Shown: piece by piece, positions 36,332-46,825 of the stretch
Layout: each line of letters begins with the position of its first letter
Numbering within the stretch: position 1 is the first letter of the stretch
NCBI GenBank assembly: GCA_902605445.1
Contig: CACLCL010000003.1
Coordinates: 1,192 to 65,191, forward strand
Length of the DNA: 64,000 nt
Direction: 5' to 3'
Origin: an uncultured Bacteroidota bacterium
Lineage (GTDB): Bacteria; Bacteroidota; Bacteroidia; Flavobacteriales; Flavobacteriaceae
Translations under genes and position numbers: made by a program
Notes under the pieces: generated by a model
Told to the model about the DNA's origin: nothing
The model's input: only the letters and a program-made list of their open reading frames with translations
Databases searched by the model: none

Positions 36332-36991
36332 TTAATGAGTCAAATAATGAAAAATAGCAATAAAACAGAAGCCTGCTGGGAGACCAATACTATATATATA
36401 GCCTAAAGTTTTTACAGATGAAGTATAAGCCTTATTTGTACCCATAGATTTTAGTGAGGAAGAAAAACCATGCAACAAATGAAGAGATAACAAAATAAAG
36501 GAGAAGCAATAAAAAAATACCTTTAAGGGATCTTGAAACTTTTCAACTAACTCATGGTGATACCTATTGGGGTCATCAGGCATAAAGTCAATGTATTTAT
36601 ATTCCATTTCGGGGATCCAAAAATCAATAAAATGTAAAATTAAAAATGAAAGAATTACAAGACCACTCCATATCATATTTCTACTCATCCAAGTAGAATT
36701 TGCACCGCCCCTTGTCTTTTGATATTCGTACTTGGTTGCTCTTCTATTTTGAATTTCAAGGACGAAACCCATAACGAAATGAAAAATGACTCCAGCAATT
36801 AGTATTGGCTGTAGAATAAACTGAACTAAAAAATTAGTACCCATAAAGTGAGATAACATGTTAAAAATATCTTCACTAAATACTGAGGTAATATTTATTA
36901 AAAAATGCTGAAGAAGAAATATCATCAAAAAAATAGCCGATAAAGCCATTGCAACTTTCTTTCCGATGGAGCTTAATAAAAAATTCTTCAT
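36332..36991 (-). CDS. sdhC: Succinate dehydrogenase cytochrome b558 subunit
   Basis: Five TM helices with conserved His residues (LQHFLINI, HFVMGF, HFIDFW, HLLHGF). The ATG at 36991 (MKNFLLSSIGKK) is preferred over 37039. Confidence 0.85.
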   Translation of the reverse strand: MKNFLLSSIGKKVAMALSAIFLMIFLLQHFLINITSVFSEDIFNMLSHFMGTNFLVQFILQPILIAGVIFHFVMGFVLEIQNRRATKYEYQKTRGGANSTWMSRNMIWSGLVILSFLILHFIDFWIPEMEYKYIDFMPDDPNRYHHELVEKFQDPLKVFFYCFSFILLSLHLLHGFSSSLKSMGTNKAYTSSVKTLGYIYSIGLPAGFCFIAIFHYLTH

Positions 36992-37104
36992 TATATTTAA
37001 TTGTAACACAAAAATAAGAACCAATACATTGTTAGACAAAAAATTATCAGCTTAAATTGTTGTTAGTTTTAATATTAATATTTTTACTATATTAAAATCT
37101 AAGG

Positions 37105-38391
37105 ATGAAATACAAAAAAATAAATTCTAAATTATTTACAAAAAACAGAAAAAACTTCATTAATAGAATGAAGAACAATAGTATAGCATTTTTTAACTCA
37201 AACGATATATACCCTGTTAGCGCTGATTCAACTTTACCATTTGAACAACATAGAGATATTTTTTATTTAAGTGGTATCGACCAAGAGGAAAGTGTACTGA
37301 TGCTCTTTAAAGCATCAGAAAAAATCTATGAAATTTTATTTTTAAAAGAAACTAACAAACATATTGCAATTTGGGAGGGACCTAAACTTTCAAAAGATGA
37401 TGCTTTTGAAATAAGTGGTATAAAATCGGTTTACTGGCTTAAAGAAATGGATATGGTGATTGATGATTTTATTCAAAAAAGTGAAACAATTTACTTTAAT
37501 CATAATGAACATTACAGAGCAAAAATTGAAGTTGAAACAAGAGAAGAGAGGTTTAATAAGAAAATAAAGAAAAGGTTTCCAAATAAAAAAGAAGAAAGAA
37601 GCAATCCAATTTTACAATCTCTGAGGTCCATTAAAGACCCTATTGAGATAGAATTAATTCAAAGAGCGTGTGACATTACAAGAAAGGGCTTTATGAGAAT
37701 TTTAAATTTTGTCAAAGATGGAGTTTGGGAGTATGAAATTGAGGCTGAATTTATTCATGAATTTCTAAAAAACAGATCGAAAAAATTTGCATATTCACCA
37801 ATTATAGCATCTGGAAATAATGCAAATATCCTTCATTACACTGAAAATAATAAACTATGTAAAAATGGTGAACTAATTTTAATGGATGTAGGTGCAGAAT
37901 ATGCAAACTACAGCAGTGATATGACAAGAACTATACCGGTTTCAGGTAAATTCACTGAAAGACAGAAACAAATTTATAACTCTGTATTAAAGGTAAAAAA
38001 TGAAGCCACAAAAATGCTGATTCCTGGAGCAGATTGGGAAAAATATCATATTGAAGTTGGAAAAATAATGTCTAGTGAATTACTAAGTTTGGGACTTCTT
38101 GATAAATCAGATATTCAAAATGAATCTAAAGATAAACCTGCTTACAAAAAATTCTTTATGCATGGGACATCGCACCATCTTGGTCTTGATACTCACGATT
38201 ATGGATTGTTAAAGCAACCTCTTGAGGAAAATATGATTTTTACAGTAGAGCCTGGGATATACCTCCCTGAAGAGGGTTTTGGTATTAGGCTTGAAGACGA
38301 TGTAATAGTTCAAAAAAATGGAGAACCTATTAATATGATGAAAAATATTCCAATAGAAATTGAAGAAATTGAAGAATTGATGAATAATTAA
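37105..38391 (+). CDS. pepP: Xaa-Pro aminopeptidase (M24B)
   Basis: AMP_N-type N-terminus (PFEQHRDIFYLSGI) and M24 metal ligands (MDVGAEY..YSSDMTRT, HGTSHHLGLDTHD, EPGIY, IRLEDD). Confidence 0.88.
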   Translation: MKYKKINSKLFTKNRKNFINRMKNNSIAFFNSNDIYPVSADSTLPFEQHRDIFYLSGIDQEESVLMLFKASEKIYEILFLKETNKHIAIWEGPKLSKDDAFEISGIKSVYWLKEMDMVIDDFIQKSETIYFNHNEHYRAKIEVETREERFNKKIKKRFPNKKEERSNPILQSLRSIKDPIEIELIQRACDITRKGFMRILNFVKDGVWEYEIEAEFIHEFLKNRSKKFAYSPIIASGNNANILHYTENNKLCKNGELILMDVGAEYANYSSDMTRTIPVSGKFTERQKQIYNSVLKVKNEATKMLIPGADWEKYHIEVGKIMSSELLSLGLLDKSDIQNESKDKPAYKKFFMHGTSHHLGLDTHDYGLLKQPLEENMIFTVEPGIYLPEEGFGIRLEDDVIVQKNGEPINMMKNIPIEIEEIEELMNN

Positions 38392-39434
38392 TCTTCACTT
38401 GAACCCCATCCTCTTGACTTTAGTTTAACCACGGATTCGTCCCTCAGTACTAGATTGGTTTCAGAATCTGAATCCTTGATATAACCGATAACAGTGAGAT
38501 TTGGATTTCCTTTAATTTTGTCATAATGAACTTGTGGAATAGTCATTAATAATTCGTAATCTTCTCCTCCATTTAGAGCTAGATTAGTAACATTTAAATT
38601 AAATTCTTCACAAGTTGTAAGTAGTTGCGGGTCATATGGAATTTTATTTTCGTATAAATCACACCCTTTATTACTCTGCTTACATATGTGCAATAATTCT
38701 GATGATAGTCCATCACTAATATCAATCATTGAAGTCGGTTTTATTTTTAATTCGGACAGCAACATTATGATATCTAGTCGAGCTTCTGGTTTTAGTTGTC
38801 TTTCAATCAAGTATGTGTAGGAATCTAAATCGGGTTGATTTTTTGGGTTGACCTTGAATACCTCTTTTTCTCTCTGTAAAACTTTTAAGCCCATATATGC
38901 CGATCCTAAATCTCCTGAAACAACAATTAAATCATTGGGTTTTGCCCCGTTTCTGTATACTATGTCTTTTTGATTTGCTTCTCCAATAGCTGTTACAGAG
39001 ATTGTCAACCCCGATGTTGAAGAAGTTGTATCACCTCCAACAAAATCAATTTTATATTTTTCACATGCAAGTTTAATTCCGTCATATAGCTCTAGCATCG
39101 CCTCTTTCGTAAATCTATTTGAAATAGCAACTGAAACGGTGACATGTTTTGCAATTCCATTCATGGCGTATATATCTGAGATATTTACAATAATTGCCTT
39201 ATAGCCAAGATGTTTTAATGGCATATATGATAAATCAAAATGTATACCCTCAACCAAAAAATCAGTAGAAACAAGAACTTTTTTTGATCTATAATCTAAA
39301 ACTGCAGCATCATCTCCAATTGACTTCAAGGTAGATTTATGCTTGATATTTATATCATTTGTCAAAAATTCAATTAAATTGAATTCTCCAATATTATCAA
39401 GCTTAGTTAGATTATTATCTTTATTTTTAAACAT
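38388..39434 (-). CDS. thiL: Thiamine-monophosphate kinase
   Basis: PurM-like AIRS fold with IGDDAAVL, DFLVEGIHF, GGD and NGGEDYELL motifs. Confidence 0.85.
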   Translation of the reverse strand: MFKNKDNNLTKLDNIGEFNLIEFLTNDINIKHKSTLKSIGDDAAVLDYRSKKVLVSTDFLVEGIHFDLSYMPLKHLGYKAIIVNISDIYAMNGIAKHVTVSVAISNRFTKEAMLELYDGIKLACEKYKIDFVGGDTTSSTSGLTISVTAIGEANQKDIVYRNGAKPNDLIVVSGDLGSAYMGLKVLQREKEVFKVNPKNQPDLDSYTYLIERQLKPEARLDIIMLLSELKIKPTSMIDISDGLSSELLHICKQSNKGCDLYENKIPYDPQLLTTCEEFNLNVTNLALNGGEDYELLMTIPQVHYDKIKGNPNLTVIGYIKDSDSETNLVLRDESVVKLKSRGWGSSED

Positions 39435-39523
39435 TGCAACAAATTTACATTTCTTTTCGTTAAATCTATGTTAATCATATCGTCAATATAGGAGTTTTTC
39501 TATATTTAAAGGAGGTTATGTTG

Positions 39524-39531
39524 TATATTTG
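39524..39531 (+). promoter_or_regulatory. Candidate -7 box (TAnnTTTG) upstream of the suf operon
   Basis: TATATTTG lies 20 nt upstream of the GTG at 39551. A second TATATTTA lies at 39501. This is a motif match only. Confidence 0.3.
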
Positions 39532-39550
39532 AAAACAGAAATTAAATAGT

Positions 39551-39880
39551 GTGATTAGTATTACAGATATTGCAAGAAATACAGTAAAAAAACTTATGAT
39601 GGAGGATGGATTTGACCATTCTACTGACTTCGTTCGGGTTGGTGTCAAAAGCGGAGGTTGTTCGGGCCTTTCATATCAACTTAAATTTGATAAAATGATT
39701 CAAGATAATGATAAAATTTTTGAGGATAATGGTATTAAAATCGTGGTTGATAAAAAGAGCCTGCTATATTTAGTTGGTACAACACTAGAGTACTCAGGAG
39801 GTTTGAATGGCAAGGGATTTGTATTTACAAACCCAAATGCAAATAGAACATGTGGGTGTGGAGAAAGTTTTTCACTATAA
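39551..39880 (+). CDS. sufA: A-type iron-sulfur cluster carrier (IscA/SufA/ErpA family)
   Basis: VGVKSGGCSGLSY...NPNANRTCGCGESF carries the three conserved Cys. It has a GTG start. Confidence 0.85.
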   Translation: MISITDIARNTVKKLMMEDGFDHSTDFVRVGVKSGGCSGLSYQLKFDKMIQDNDKIFEDNGIKIVVDKKSLLYLVGTTLEYSGGLNGKGFVFTNPNANRTCGCGESFSL

Positions 39881-39889
39881 TTAATATTT

Positions 39890-41338
39890 ATGAGTAAGTA
39901 TACCGAGGATGATTTAAAAAAAGAATTGAAAACCAAACAATACGAGTATGGTTTTTACACTGATATTGAAGCAGACACACTTCCTGTTGGACTGAACGAA
40001 GATATCATTATTGCAATATCCAAGAAAAAAGAAGAGCCAGAATGGATGACTGAATGGAGGTTGGATGCATTTAAAAAATGGAAGGATATGGAGGAGCCCG
40101 AGTGGGCAAATGTAACTTATGAAAAGCCTGATTTTCAAAATATATCATACTATTCGGCACCGTCAAATAAACCGAAATACAATAGTCTCGATGAGGTTGA
40201 TCCTGAATTACTCGAAACCTTCAAAAAGTTAGGAATTTCAACTGATGAACAAAAAAAATTAGCTGGAGTTGCAGTTGATGTTGTAATTGATTCAGTTTCT
40301 GTTGCGACATCATTCAAAGACACATTAAAAGAAAAAGGGATTATTTTTTGCTCAATGAATGAGGCTATAAAAAAACATCCTGAATTAATAAAAAAATATA
40401 TTGGCACAGTAATTCCAAAAACTGATAATTACTATGCTGCATTAAATTCAGCTGTATTTAGTGATGGTTCTTTTTGCTACATTCCAAAAGGAGTCAAATG
40501 TCCTATGGAATTATCTACATACTTTAGAATAAACGAAGCGGGAACCGGGCAATTTGAAAGAACCCTCGTTATTGCAGACGAAGGCAGTTATGTCAGTTAC
40601 CTTGAAGGATGTTCAGCCCCTAGCAGACCTGAAAATCAATTACACGCAGCTGTTGTTGAACTTATAGCACTTGACAATTCTGAAATCAAATACAGCACAG
40701 TTCAAAATTGGTTTCCTGGCAATAGTAACGGTGAAGGTGGTGTATTTAATTTTGTAACTAAAAGAGGAATTTGCCATAATAATTCTAAAATTTCATGGAC
40801 GCAAGTTGAGACTGGAAGTGCTGTAACTTGGAAATACCCATCATGTGTATTAAAGGGTAGAAATTCAGTTGGGGAATTTTACTCAATTGCTGTCACAAAT
40901 AATTTTCAGCAAGCTGATACAGGTACTAAAATGATACATATTGGTGAAAATTCTAAGTCAACTATTATTTCAAAAGGTATCTCAGCTGGAAAATCACAAA
41001 ACAGCTATCGCGGATTGGTACAAATTAATTCAAGAGCTAATAATGCAAGGAATTTCTCACAATGCGATAGTTTGCTTATAGGAAATGAATGTGGTGCGCA
41101 TACTTTTCCATACATAGAGACAAAAAATAAATCTTCCAAAATTGAGCACGAAGCAACGACCAGTAAAATTGGTGAGGATCAAATATTTTACTGCAACCAA
41201 AGAGGAATAGACACTGAAAAAGCAATCGCATTAATTGTAAATGGATTCAGCAAAGAAGTATTAAACAAACTACCTATGGAGTTTGCGGTTGAGGCGCAAA
41301 AACTTTTGGAAATAAGTCTTGAAGGTTCTGTAGGATAA
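39890..41338 (+). CDS. sufB: Fe-S cluster assembly scaffold SufB
   Basis: Highly conserved SufB sequence (...[34 protein letters not shown]..., ...[21 protein letters not shown]...). Confidence 0.97.
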   Translation: MSKYTEDDLKKELKTKQYEYGFYTDIEADTLPVGLNEDIIIAISKKKEEPEWMTEWRLDAFKKWKDMEEPEWANVTYEKPDFQNISYYSAPSNKPKYNSLDEVDPELLETFKKLGISTDEQKKLAGVAVDVVIDSVSVATSFKDTLKEKGIIFCSMNEAIKKHPELIKKYIGTVIPKTDNYYAALNSAVFSDGSFCYIPKGVKCPMELSTYFRINEAGTGQFERTLVIADEGSYVSYLEGCSAPSRPENQLHAAVVELIALDNSEIKYSTVQNWFPGNSNGEGGVFNFVTKRGICHNNSKISWTQVETGSAVTWKYPSCVLKGRNSVGEFYSIAVTNNFQQADTGTKMIHIGENSKSTIISKGISAGKSQNSYRGLVQINSRANNARNFSQCDSLLIGNECGAHTFPYIETKNKSSKIEHEATTSKIGEDQIFYCNQRGIDTEKAIALIVNGFSKEVLNKLPMEFAVEAQKLLEISLEGSVG

Positions 41339-41348
41339 AAAATAAATC

Positions 41349-42104
41349 ATGTTAGAAATAAAAAATATTCACGCAAGAATTGATGACAAAACCATTTTAA
41401 ATGGCATAAATCTTAGCATAAACCCAGGTGAAGTTCATGCAATAATGGGACCCAATGGCTCTGGAAAAAGTACATTAGCATCGGTGATCACAGGAAAAGA
41501 GGATTATGAAATAACAAAGGGTGAAATTTTATTTGAAAAGGAGTCACTTGAAGATGTTTCCCCTGAAGAAAGAGCCCACAAGGGAATATTTATGTCATTC
41601 CAGTATCCAATTGAAATCCCTGGTGTAACAACAACAAATTTCCTGAAAACTGCTATAAATGAAACAAGAAAAGCAAGGGGAGAAAAAGAGATGGGCGCTA
41701 AAGAAATGTTAATGATGTTAAGGGAAAAGAGCAAGATGTTAGAAATTGACAGTAAGTTTCTCTCAAGATCCATCAATGATGGTTTCTCTGGAGGAGAGAA
41801 AAAGAGAAATGAAATTTTTCAAATGGCTATGCTAAATCCTAAGCTTGCAATTCTTGATGAAACCGATTCAGGCCTAGATATTGATGCAATGAAAATTGTA
41901 GCTAACGGAGTTAACAAAATTAGAGATAATCATAATGCTATTTTAGTAATAACTCACTATCAAAGACTTTTAGAATATATTGTTCCTGATTATGTACATA
42001 TTTTATTCGATGGTAAAGTCGTTAAATCAGGTGATAAAAATCTTGCGCTAAAACTTGAAAAAGAGGGTTATGATTGGATTAAAGAAGAAGTGAAAAATAA
42101 ATAA
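41349..42104 (+). CDS. sufC: Fe-S cluster assembly ATPase SufC
   Basis: Walker A GPNGSGKST, signature FSGGEKKRNEI and Walker B LAILDETDSGLD. Confidence 0.97.
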   Translation: MLEIKNIHARIDDKTILNGINLSINPGEVHAIMGPNGSGKSTLASVITGKEDYEITKGEILFEKESLEDVSPEERAHKGIFMSFQYPIEIPGVTTTNFLKTAINETRKARGEKEMGAKEMLMMLREKSKMLEIDSKFLSRSINDGFSGGEKKRNEIFQMAMLNPKLAILDETDSGLDIDAMKIVANGVNKIRDNHNAILVITHYQRLLEYIVPDYVHILFDGKVVKSGDKNLALKLEKEGYDWIKEEVKNK

Positions 42105-43420
42105 TGTCGAATCTTAAAGAAAAAATATTATCTTCATTTCTGGCCTTTGAAAATGAAAAAGATATTGATAGCTACGTTCATTCAATCAGATCAAAAGCTA
42201 TTAAAAAATTTGAGTCCGAAGGATTCCCCACGAAAAAGTTAGAAGGCTGGAAATATACTTCGTTAAAAAGAACTTTGAAATATGATTACAAACTTTTTCC
42301 CTCACAAAAAGATATCATTGATTTTAAAGACATTCAGGATTATTTAATTAATGATATTGAATCATACAAGATTGTTTTTGTCAATGGTAAATACTATTCA
42401 AACCTTTCTGAAACTACACACGAAGGAATGGATATCTGTATTCTTTCATCTGCATTAACACAATCAAAATATGACTTAGTAATAGAAAATTATTTTGATA
42501 AAATTTCAAAAAAAGATGGTATAACATCTTTAAATACTGCTTTCTCACACGAAGGAGCTTACATTCACATTCCTAAAAATATTCAAGTTGACAAACCGAT
42601 TCAAATCCTTCATTTTTCTACTGGTGAAAACGAATCATTAATGTTTCAACCTAGAAATCTTATAGTTGTTGACGAAAACTCTCAAGTTGAGATAATTGAA
42701 AGGTATCAAAGTATTACCAATAATAATGTGCTTGTTAATAGTGTTTCTGAAATATATGTTAATAAAAAATCCAATGTGAAACATTACAAAATTCAAAATG
42801 ATAAAAAATCTTCTTCATTAATTGACAACACATTTGTAAGTCAAGAACATTCAAGTTCATATAATCTTCATACTTTCTCATTTGGTGGAGATTTAACCAG
42901 AAACAACTTAAATATTTTTCAAAACGACCAAAGAATTGAATCAACCATTAATGGAATTACAATTATAGACGATGAACAACATGTTGATCATAATACTTTG
43001 ATTCATCACAAAGAACCAAATTGTACAAGTCACCAAGACTACAAAGGTATCTATGGTGGTCGCTCAGTTGGGGTATTTAACGGAAGAGTACTTGTGGAAA
43101 AAGAAGCACAAAAAACAAATGCTTTTCAAGCTAATAATAATGTTTTAATTTCTGACAAGGCTTCAATAAATACAAAGCCACAATTAGAAATTTTTGCCGA
43201 TGACGTAAGATGTTCACATGGATGTACAATAGGCCAACTTGATAATAACGCGTTATTTTATCTTAGATCAAGAGGTATTCCTGAAAAGGAGGCTACGGCA
43301 TTAATGATGTTTGGATTTGCAAATAAAGTCTTAACGAGTGTACAAAATCAAGAAATAAAATCAATGATTAACAAAATAATTGCCTCTAAACTTGCTGTTA
43401 AAATTGGTTTTGACCTTTAA
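42104..43420 (+). CDS. sufD: Fe-S cluster assembly protein SufD
   Basis: SufB/D beta-helix C-terminus (...TKPQLEIFADDVRCSHGCTIGQLD...ALFYLRSRGI...). Overlaps the sufC stop. Confidence 0.9.
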   Translation: MSNLKEKILSSFLAFENEKDIDSYVHSIRSKAIKKFESEGFPTKKLEGWKYTSLKRTLKYDYKLFPSQKDIIDFKDIQDYLINDIESYKIVFVNGKYYSNLSETTHEGMDICILSSALTQSKYDLVIENYFDKISKKDGITSLNTAFSHEGAYIHIPKNIQVDKPIQILHFSTGENESLMFQPRNLIVVDENSQVEIIERYQSITNNNVLVNSVSEIYVNKKSNVKHYKIQNDKKSSSLIDNTFVSQEHSSSYNLHTFSFGGDLTRNNLNIFQNDQRIESTINGITIIDDEQHVDHNTLIHHKEPNCTSHQDYKGIYGGRSVGVFNGRVLVEKEAQKTNAFQANNNVLISDKASINTKPQLEIFADDVRCSHGCTIGQLDNNALFYLRSRGIPEKEATALMMFGFANKVLTSVQNQEIKSMINKIIASKLAVKIGFDL

Positions 43421-43422
43421 AT

Positions 43423-44646
43423 ATGGATATTAAAAAAAATATAGATTCAATTAGAAATGATTTTCCCATTTTAAGCACATCAGTAAATGGTAATAAATTA
43501 GTCTATCTTGATAATGCAGCAACGTCTCAAACACCTAATTGTGTTATTGATTCAATTTCCGATTATTACAAAAATTTAAATTCCAATATCCATAGAGGTG
43601 TTCACTTTTTAAGTCAAAAAGCAACAGAAATTTATGAAGAAACTAGATTTAAATTCAAAAAACACTTAAATGCAAATAGTACTAAAGAAATTATTTTTAC
43701 ATCTGGCACTACCCACAGTATTAACCTTGTTGCAAATGGATTTAATAACTCTCTGAAAGCTGGAGATGAAATAATTGTCTCATCTCTGGAACATCATAGT
43801 AATATTGTTCCTTGGCAAATGCTATGTGAAAAAACAGGTGCCACTATGAAAGTAATTCCCATGAATCAAGAAGGTGAACTAAATCTGAATGCTTATGAAG
43901 ATATGCTTTCAAAAAAAACAAAAATTGTTTTTGTTAATCATGTTTCTAATGCTTTAGGCACTGTTAATCCGATCAAATTTATTATAGATAGAGCTCATAG
44001 TTTTTCAGCAAAAGTTTTGATTGACGGAGCTCAAGCAATACCTCACTTTAAAGTAGATGTAAATGATCTTAATGCTGATTTTTATGTTTTTTCAGCTCAC
44101 AAATTTTGCGGTCCCACAGGTGTAGGTATATTATATGCTAAACAAAGTATTTTAGAAGATTTTCCACCCTACCAAGGGGGAGGTGAAATGATTGATGAAG
44201 TAACATTTGAAAAGACAACCTATGCAGACTTGCCAAATAAATTTGAGCCAGGAACCCCAAATATTGCTGGTGTGATCGCTTCTGGGATTGCACTTGATTA
44301 TATAAATGGAATTGGTCTTGATAATATTAAAAAATACGAAGATGAACTTTTAAGTTATGCTACTCAAAAACTCAAAACCATAAATAATCTAAAAATTTAT
44401 GGAACTTCTCAAAATAAAACTTCCGTTATTTCTTTTAATATTGGAGATATTCACGCATATGATATTGGAAGCATAATTGACAATCTCGGAATAGCTGTAA
44501 GAACGGGCCATCATTGCGCTCAACCAATAATGGATTATTATAATATACCTGGTACAATACGGGTCTCATTTTGTTTTTACAATAATTTTGATGAAATTGA
44601 CAAATTGGTAAATGCTCTGAATAGAGCTGTTAAAATGCTGTCATAA
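43423..44646 (+). CDS. sufS: Cysteine desulfurase SufS (class II)
   Basis: LDNAATSQ, the PLP lysine motif SAHKFCGPTG and the active-site loop RTGHHCAQP. Confidence 0.93.
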   Translation: MDIKKNIDSIRNDFPILSTSVNGNKLVYLDNAATSQTPNCVIDSISDYYKNLNSNIHRGVHFLSQKATEIYEETRFKFKKHLNANSTKEIIFTSGTTHSINLVANGFNNSLKAGDEIIVSSLEHHSNIVPWQMLCEKTGATMKVIPMNQEGELNLNAYEDMLSKKTKIVFVNHVSNALGTVNPIKFIIDRAHSFSAKVLIDGAQAIPHFKVDVNDLNADFYVFSAHKFCGPTGVGILYAKQSILEDFPPYQGGGEMIDEVTFEKTTYADLPNKFEPGTPNIAGVIASGIALDYINGIGLDNIKKYEDELLSYATQKLKTINNLKIYGTSQNKTSVISFNIGDIHAYDIGSIIDNLGIAVRTGHHCAQPIMDYYNIPGTIRVSFCFYNNFDEIDKLVNALNRAVKMLS

Positions 44647-44669
44647 TATTTTAATTAAAAAACAGACTA

Positions 44670-45086
44670 TTGAAAATTAAAGACATTCAAGAAGAAATTA
44701 TTGACGAGTTTGGGATTTTTGATTCATGGATGGATAAGTATGAATATATAATTGAACTTGGTAAGAATGTCCCTAAAATTAATGAAGACGATAAAGTTGA
44801 TGAGAATATAATCAAAGGTTGCCAGAGTAAAGTTTGGCTCCATGCCAAAAAAAGTAACGGCCTAGTTCAATTTTATGCTGACAGTGATGCATTAATTACT
44901 AAAGGTATAATTAGCTTACTTCTTAGAGTTCTGTCAAACCAAAAACCTAGTGATATAATACAGGCCAATCTAGATTTTATTGACAAAATAGGATTAAGAC
45001 AACATTTATCAGTAAATAGAGCAAATGGATTAAATAATATGATAAAGAAAATTAAATTTTATGCAATTGGCTACAATAATAAATAA
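44670..45086 (+). CDS. sufE: Sulfur acceptor SufE
   Basis: ...KYEYIIELGK...IKGCQSKVWL... contains the SufE active-site Cys motif. It has a TTG start. Confidence 0.85.
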   Translation: MKIKDIQEEIIDEFGIFDSWMDKYEYIIELGKNVPKINEDDKVDENIIKGCQSKVWLHAKKSNGLVQFYADSDALITKGIISLLLRVLSNQKPSDIIQANLDFIDKIGLRQHLSVNRANGLNNMIKKIKFYAIGYNNK

Positions 45087-45410
45087 ATGAGTAAAGAATT
45101 TGATCCAAATATAATGGGTGAGAAAATCATTAAAGTGATTAAGACAATTTATGACCCAGAAATACCTGTAGACATATATGAACTTGGCTTGATTTATGAT
45201 ATTATGATTAATGAAAATTTTGATGTTAAAATTATTATGACTTTAACAAGTCCAAATTGTCCTGTTGCTGAAACTTTGCCTGTTGATGTTGAGGAAAAGG
45301 TTAAAACTGTTGAAGGTGTTAAAAATGCAACAGTTGAAATAACATTTGAACCTGAATGGAATAAGGAACTTATGAGCGATGAAGCTAAATTAGAACTTGG
45401 TATGTTATGA
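45087..45410 (+). CDS. DUF59 / SufT-like Fe-S assembly protein
   Basis: ...VIKTIYDPEIPVDIYELGLIY...TLTSPNCPVAE... is the DUF59 motif. Confidence 0.8.
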   Translation: MSKEFDPNIMGEKIIKVIKTIYDPEIPVDIYELGLIYDIMINENFDVKIIMTLTSPNCPVAETLPVDVEEKVKTVEGVKNATVEITFEPEWNKELMSDEAKLELGML

Positions 45411-46825
45411 AAAAAGTAGGTATCGATTCTATATCATTTTATGTTCCCAACATATATTTATCTATTGAAGAACTTTCAGCTAGCAGAGATCTTGAGTTTG
45501 AAAAATTAAACAAGGGTCTTGGATTAAATAAGATGTCCATCCCTGATATTGATGAAGACCCAGCCACTTTTGCTGCTAATGCTCTTATTGATTTAATCGA
45601 AAAAAACAATATAAATTTAAAAAGTATTGGTAGGATATACATGGGTACAGAAAGTGCTTTGGATTCTTCCAAGCCAACATGTACATATGCAACAGAATTA
45701 GTAGAGAAATACTTTGAACCAAAATATGGAAAACGTTGTCTAAAAAACTGTGATGTAAGCGATATCACATTTGCTTGTATAGGGGGTGTAGATGCGCTTC
45801 AAAATAGCCTAGATTGGGTTTCTAATAATCATGGAAGAAAAGCAATTGTTGTTTGCTCAGATTTGTCTAAATATGAACTAAATTCAACAGGTGAATATAC
45901 GCAAGGTGCAGGTGCTGTCGCATTGCTTGTTTCAGAAGATCCATCAATAATTAGCATAACCAATCAATGGGGTGTGGCAACAAAAAGTGAAAAAGATTTC
46001 TTCAAGCCTAGAAGAACTTTTCATAAAAAAGAATTAATTAATGAGATTATTAAAAAGTTAGAATTAAATTTTTCTGAAACAGAATTTGAATTAGCACTGA
46101 AGGACTCTATTTTTTGGAACAATAACAATGAAAAAATAGAAATTTACAAAGAAGAACCTGTTTTTGATGGACAATACTCTAATGAGTGTTACGAGGATAG
46201 AATGAATGAAGCTTTAGAAAATTTTAATTCATTTAAAAAAACTGATTTTTTAAATCATTGGGATCACATTATTTTCCATTTACCATATGCTTACCACGGA
46301 AGAAGAATAATTTTTAATAATTGGTTAGAATGGACTAAAAATGATAAAAAACTAGAAAAATTAGTTAACGAAATTGGTCCGGAAAGTGGTCCGGAATGGA
46401 CAAAAAAAGCCTATAAGTCTTCTACATACAAAAATTTTATTAATGAAAAAATAATGCCTGGAGAATTAGCATCTTCAGAGATTGGAAATATGTATACTGC
46501 ATCAATTTTTATGTCTTTTTTAAGCATGTTAAGCTATCACCTAAAAAACCAAAAAAGCATTGACGGTAACAATGTCGCATTTATTAGTTATGGTAGTGGA
46601 TCAAAGGCCAAAATTTTTTATGGAACCCTTGAAAAAAAGTGGAAAGAAAAAATCACAAATATAGATTTGTTTAAAATTTTAGCGGACAGAAAAGAAATAT
46701 CTTTTAAAGAATATGAAGATTTGCACAGGTATGCTTTAAATAAGTCAATTTCAAAACATAGCATAAAACTATCACATATTGATAAAAACCCCAACTCTGC
46801 AGGTTACAGAAATTATAAATTATAA
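45407..46825 (+). CDS. mvaS: Hydroxymethylglutaryl-CoA synthase family protein
   Basis: HMGS catalytic pattern: GTESALDSSK (Glu), FACIGG (Cys), IIFHLPY (His) and IGNMYTASIF (Asn). The start overlaps the DUF59 stop by 4 nt (ATGA). Confidence 0.8.
   Translation: MKKVGIDSISFYVPNIYLSIEELSASRDLEFEKLNKGLGLNKMSIPDIDEDPATFAANALIDLIEKNNINLKSIGRIYMGTESALDSSKPTCTYATELVEKYFEPKYGKRCLKNCDVSDITFACIGGVDALQNSLDWVSNNHGRKAIVVCSDLSKYELNSTGEYTQGAGAVALLVSEDPSIISITNQWGVATKSEKDFFKPRRTFHKKELINEIIKKLELNFSETEFELALKDSIFWNNNNEKIEIYKEEPVFDGQYSNECYEDRMNEALENFNSFKKTDFLNHWDHIIFHLPYAYHGRRIIFNNWLEWTKNDKKLEKLVNEIGPESGPEWTKKAYKSSTYKNFINEKIMPGELASSEIGNMYTASIFMSFLSMLSYHLKNQKSIDGNNVAFISYGSGSKAKIFYGTLEKKWKEKITNIDLFKILADRKEISFKEYEDLHRYALNKSISKHSIKLSHIDKNPNSAGYRNYKL

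Noticed and set aside
8621-37039. N-terminal extensions implied by the ORF track: rplU to 8668, mutY to 15207, rng to 15778, the OMP to 18171, the T9SS gene to 29862, the Ig-like gene to 31475 and sdhC to 37039.
   Set aside because: Several of the extensions begin at TTG (mutY, rng, the OMP and the T9SS gene, checked in the DNA); the others were judged from the translation only. The extensions add residues that precede a canonical N-terminus or signal peptide starting at an internal ATG. I moved the starts accordingly. The exact starts remain unverified.
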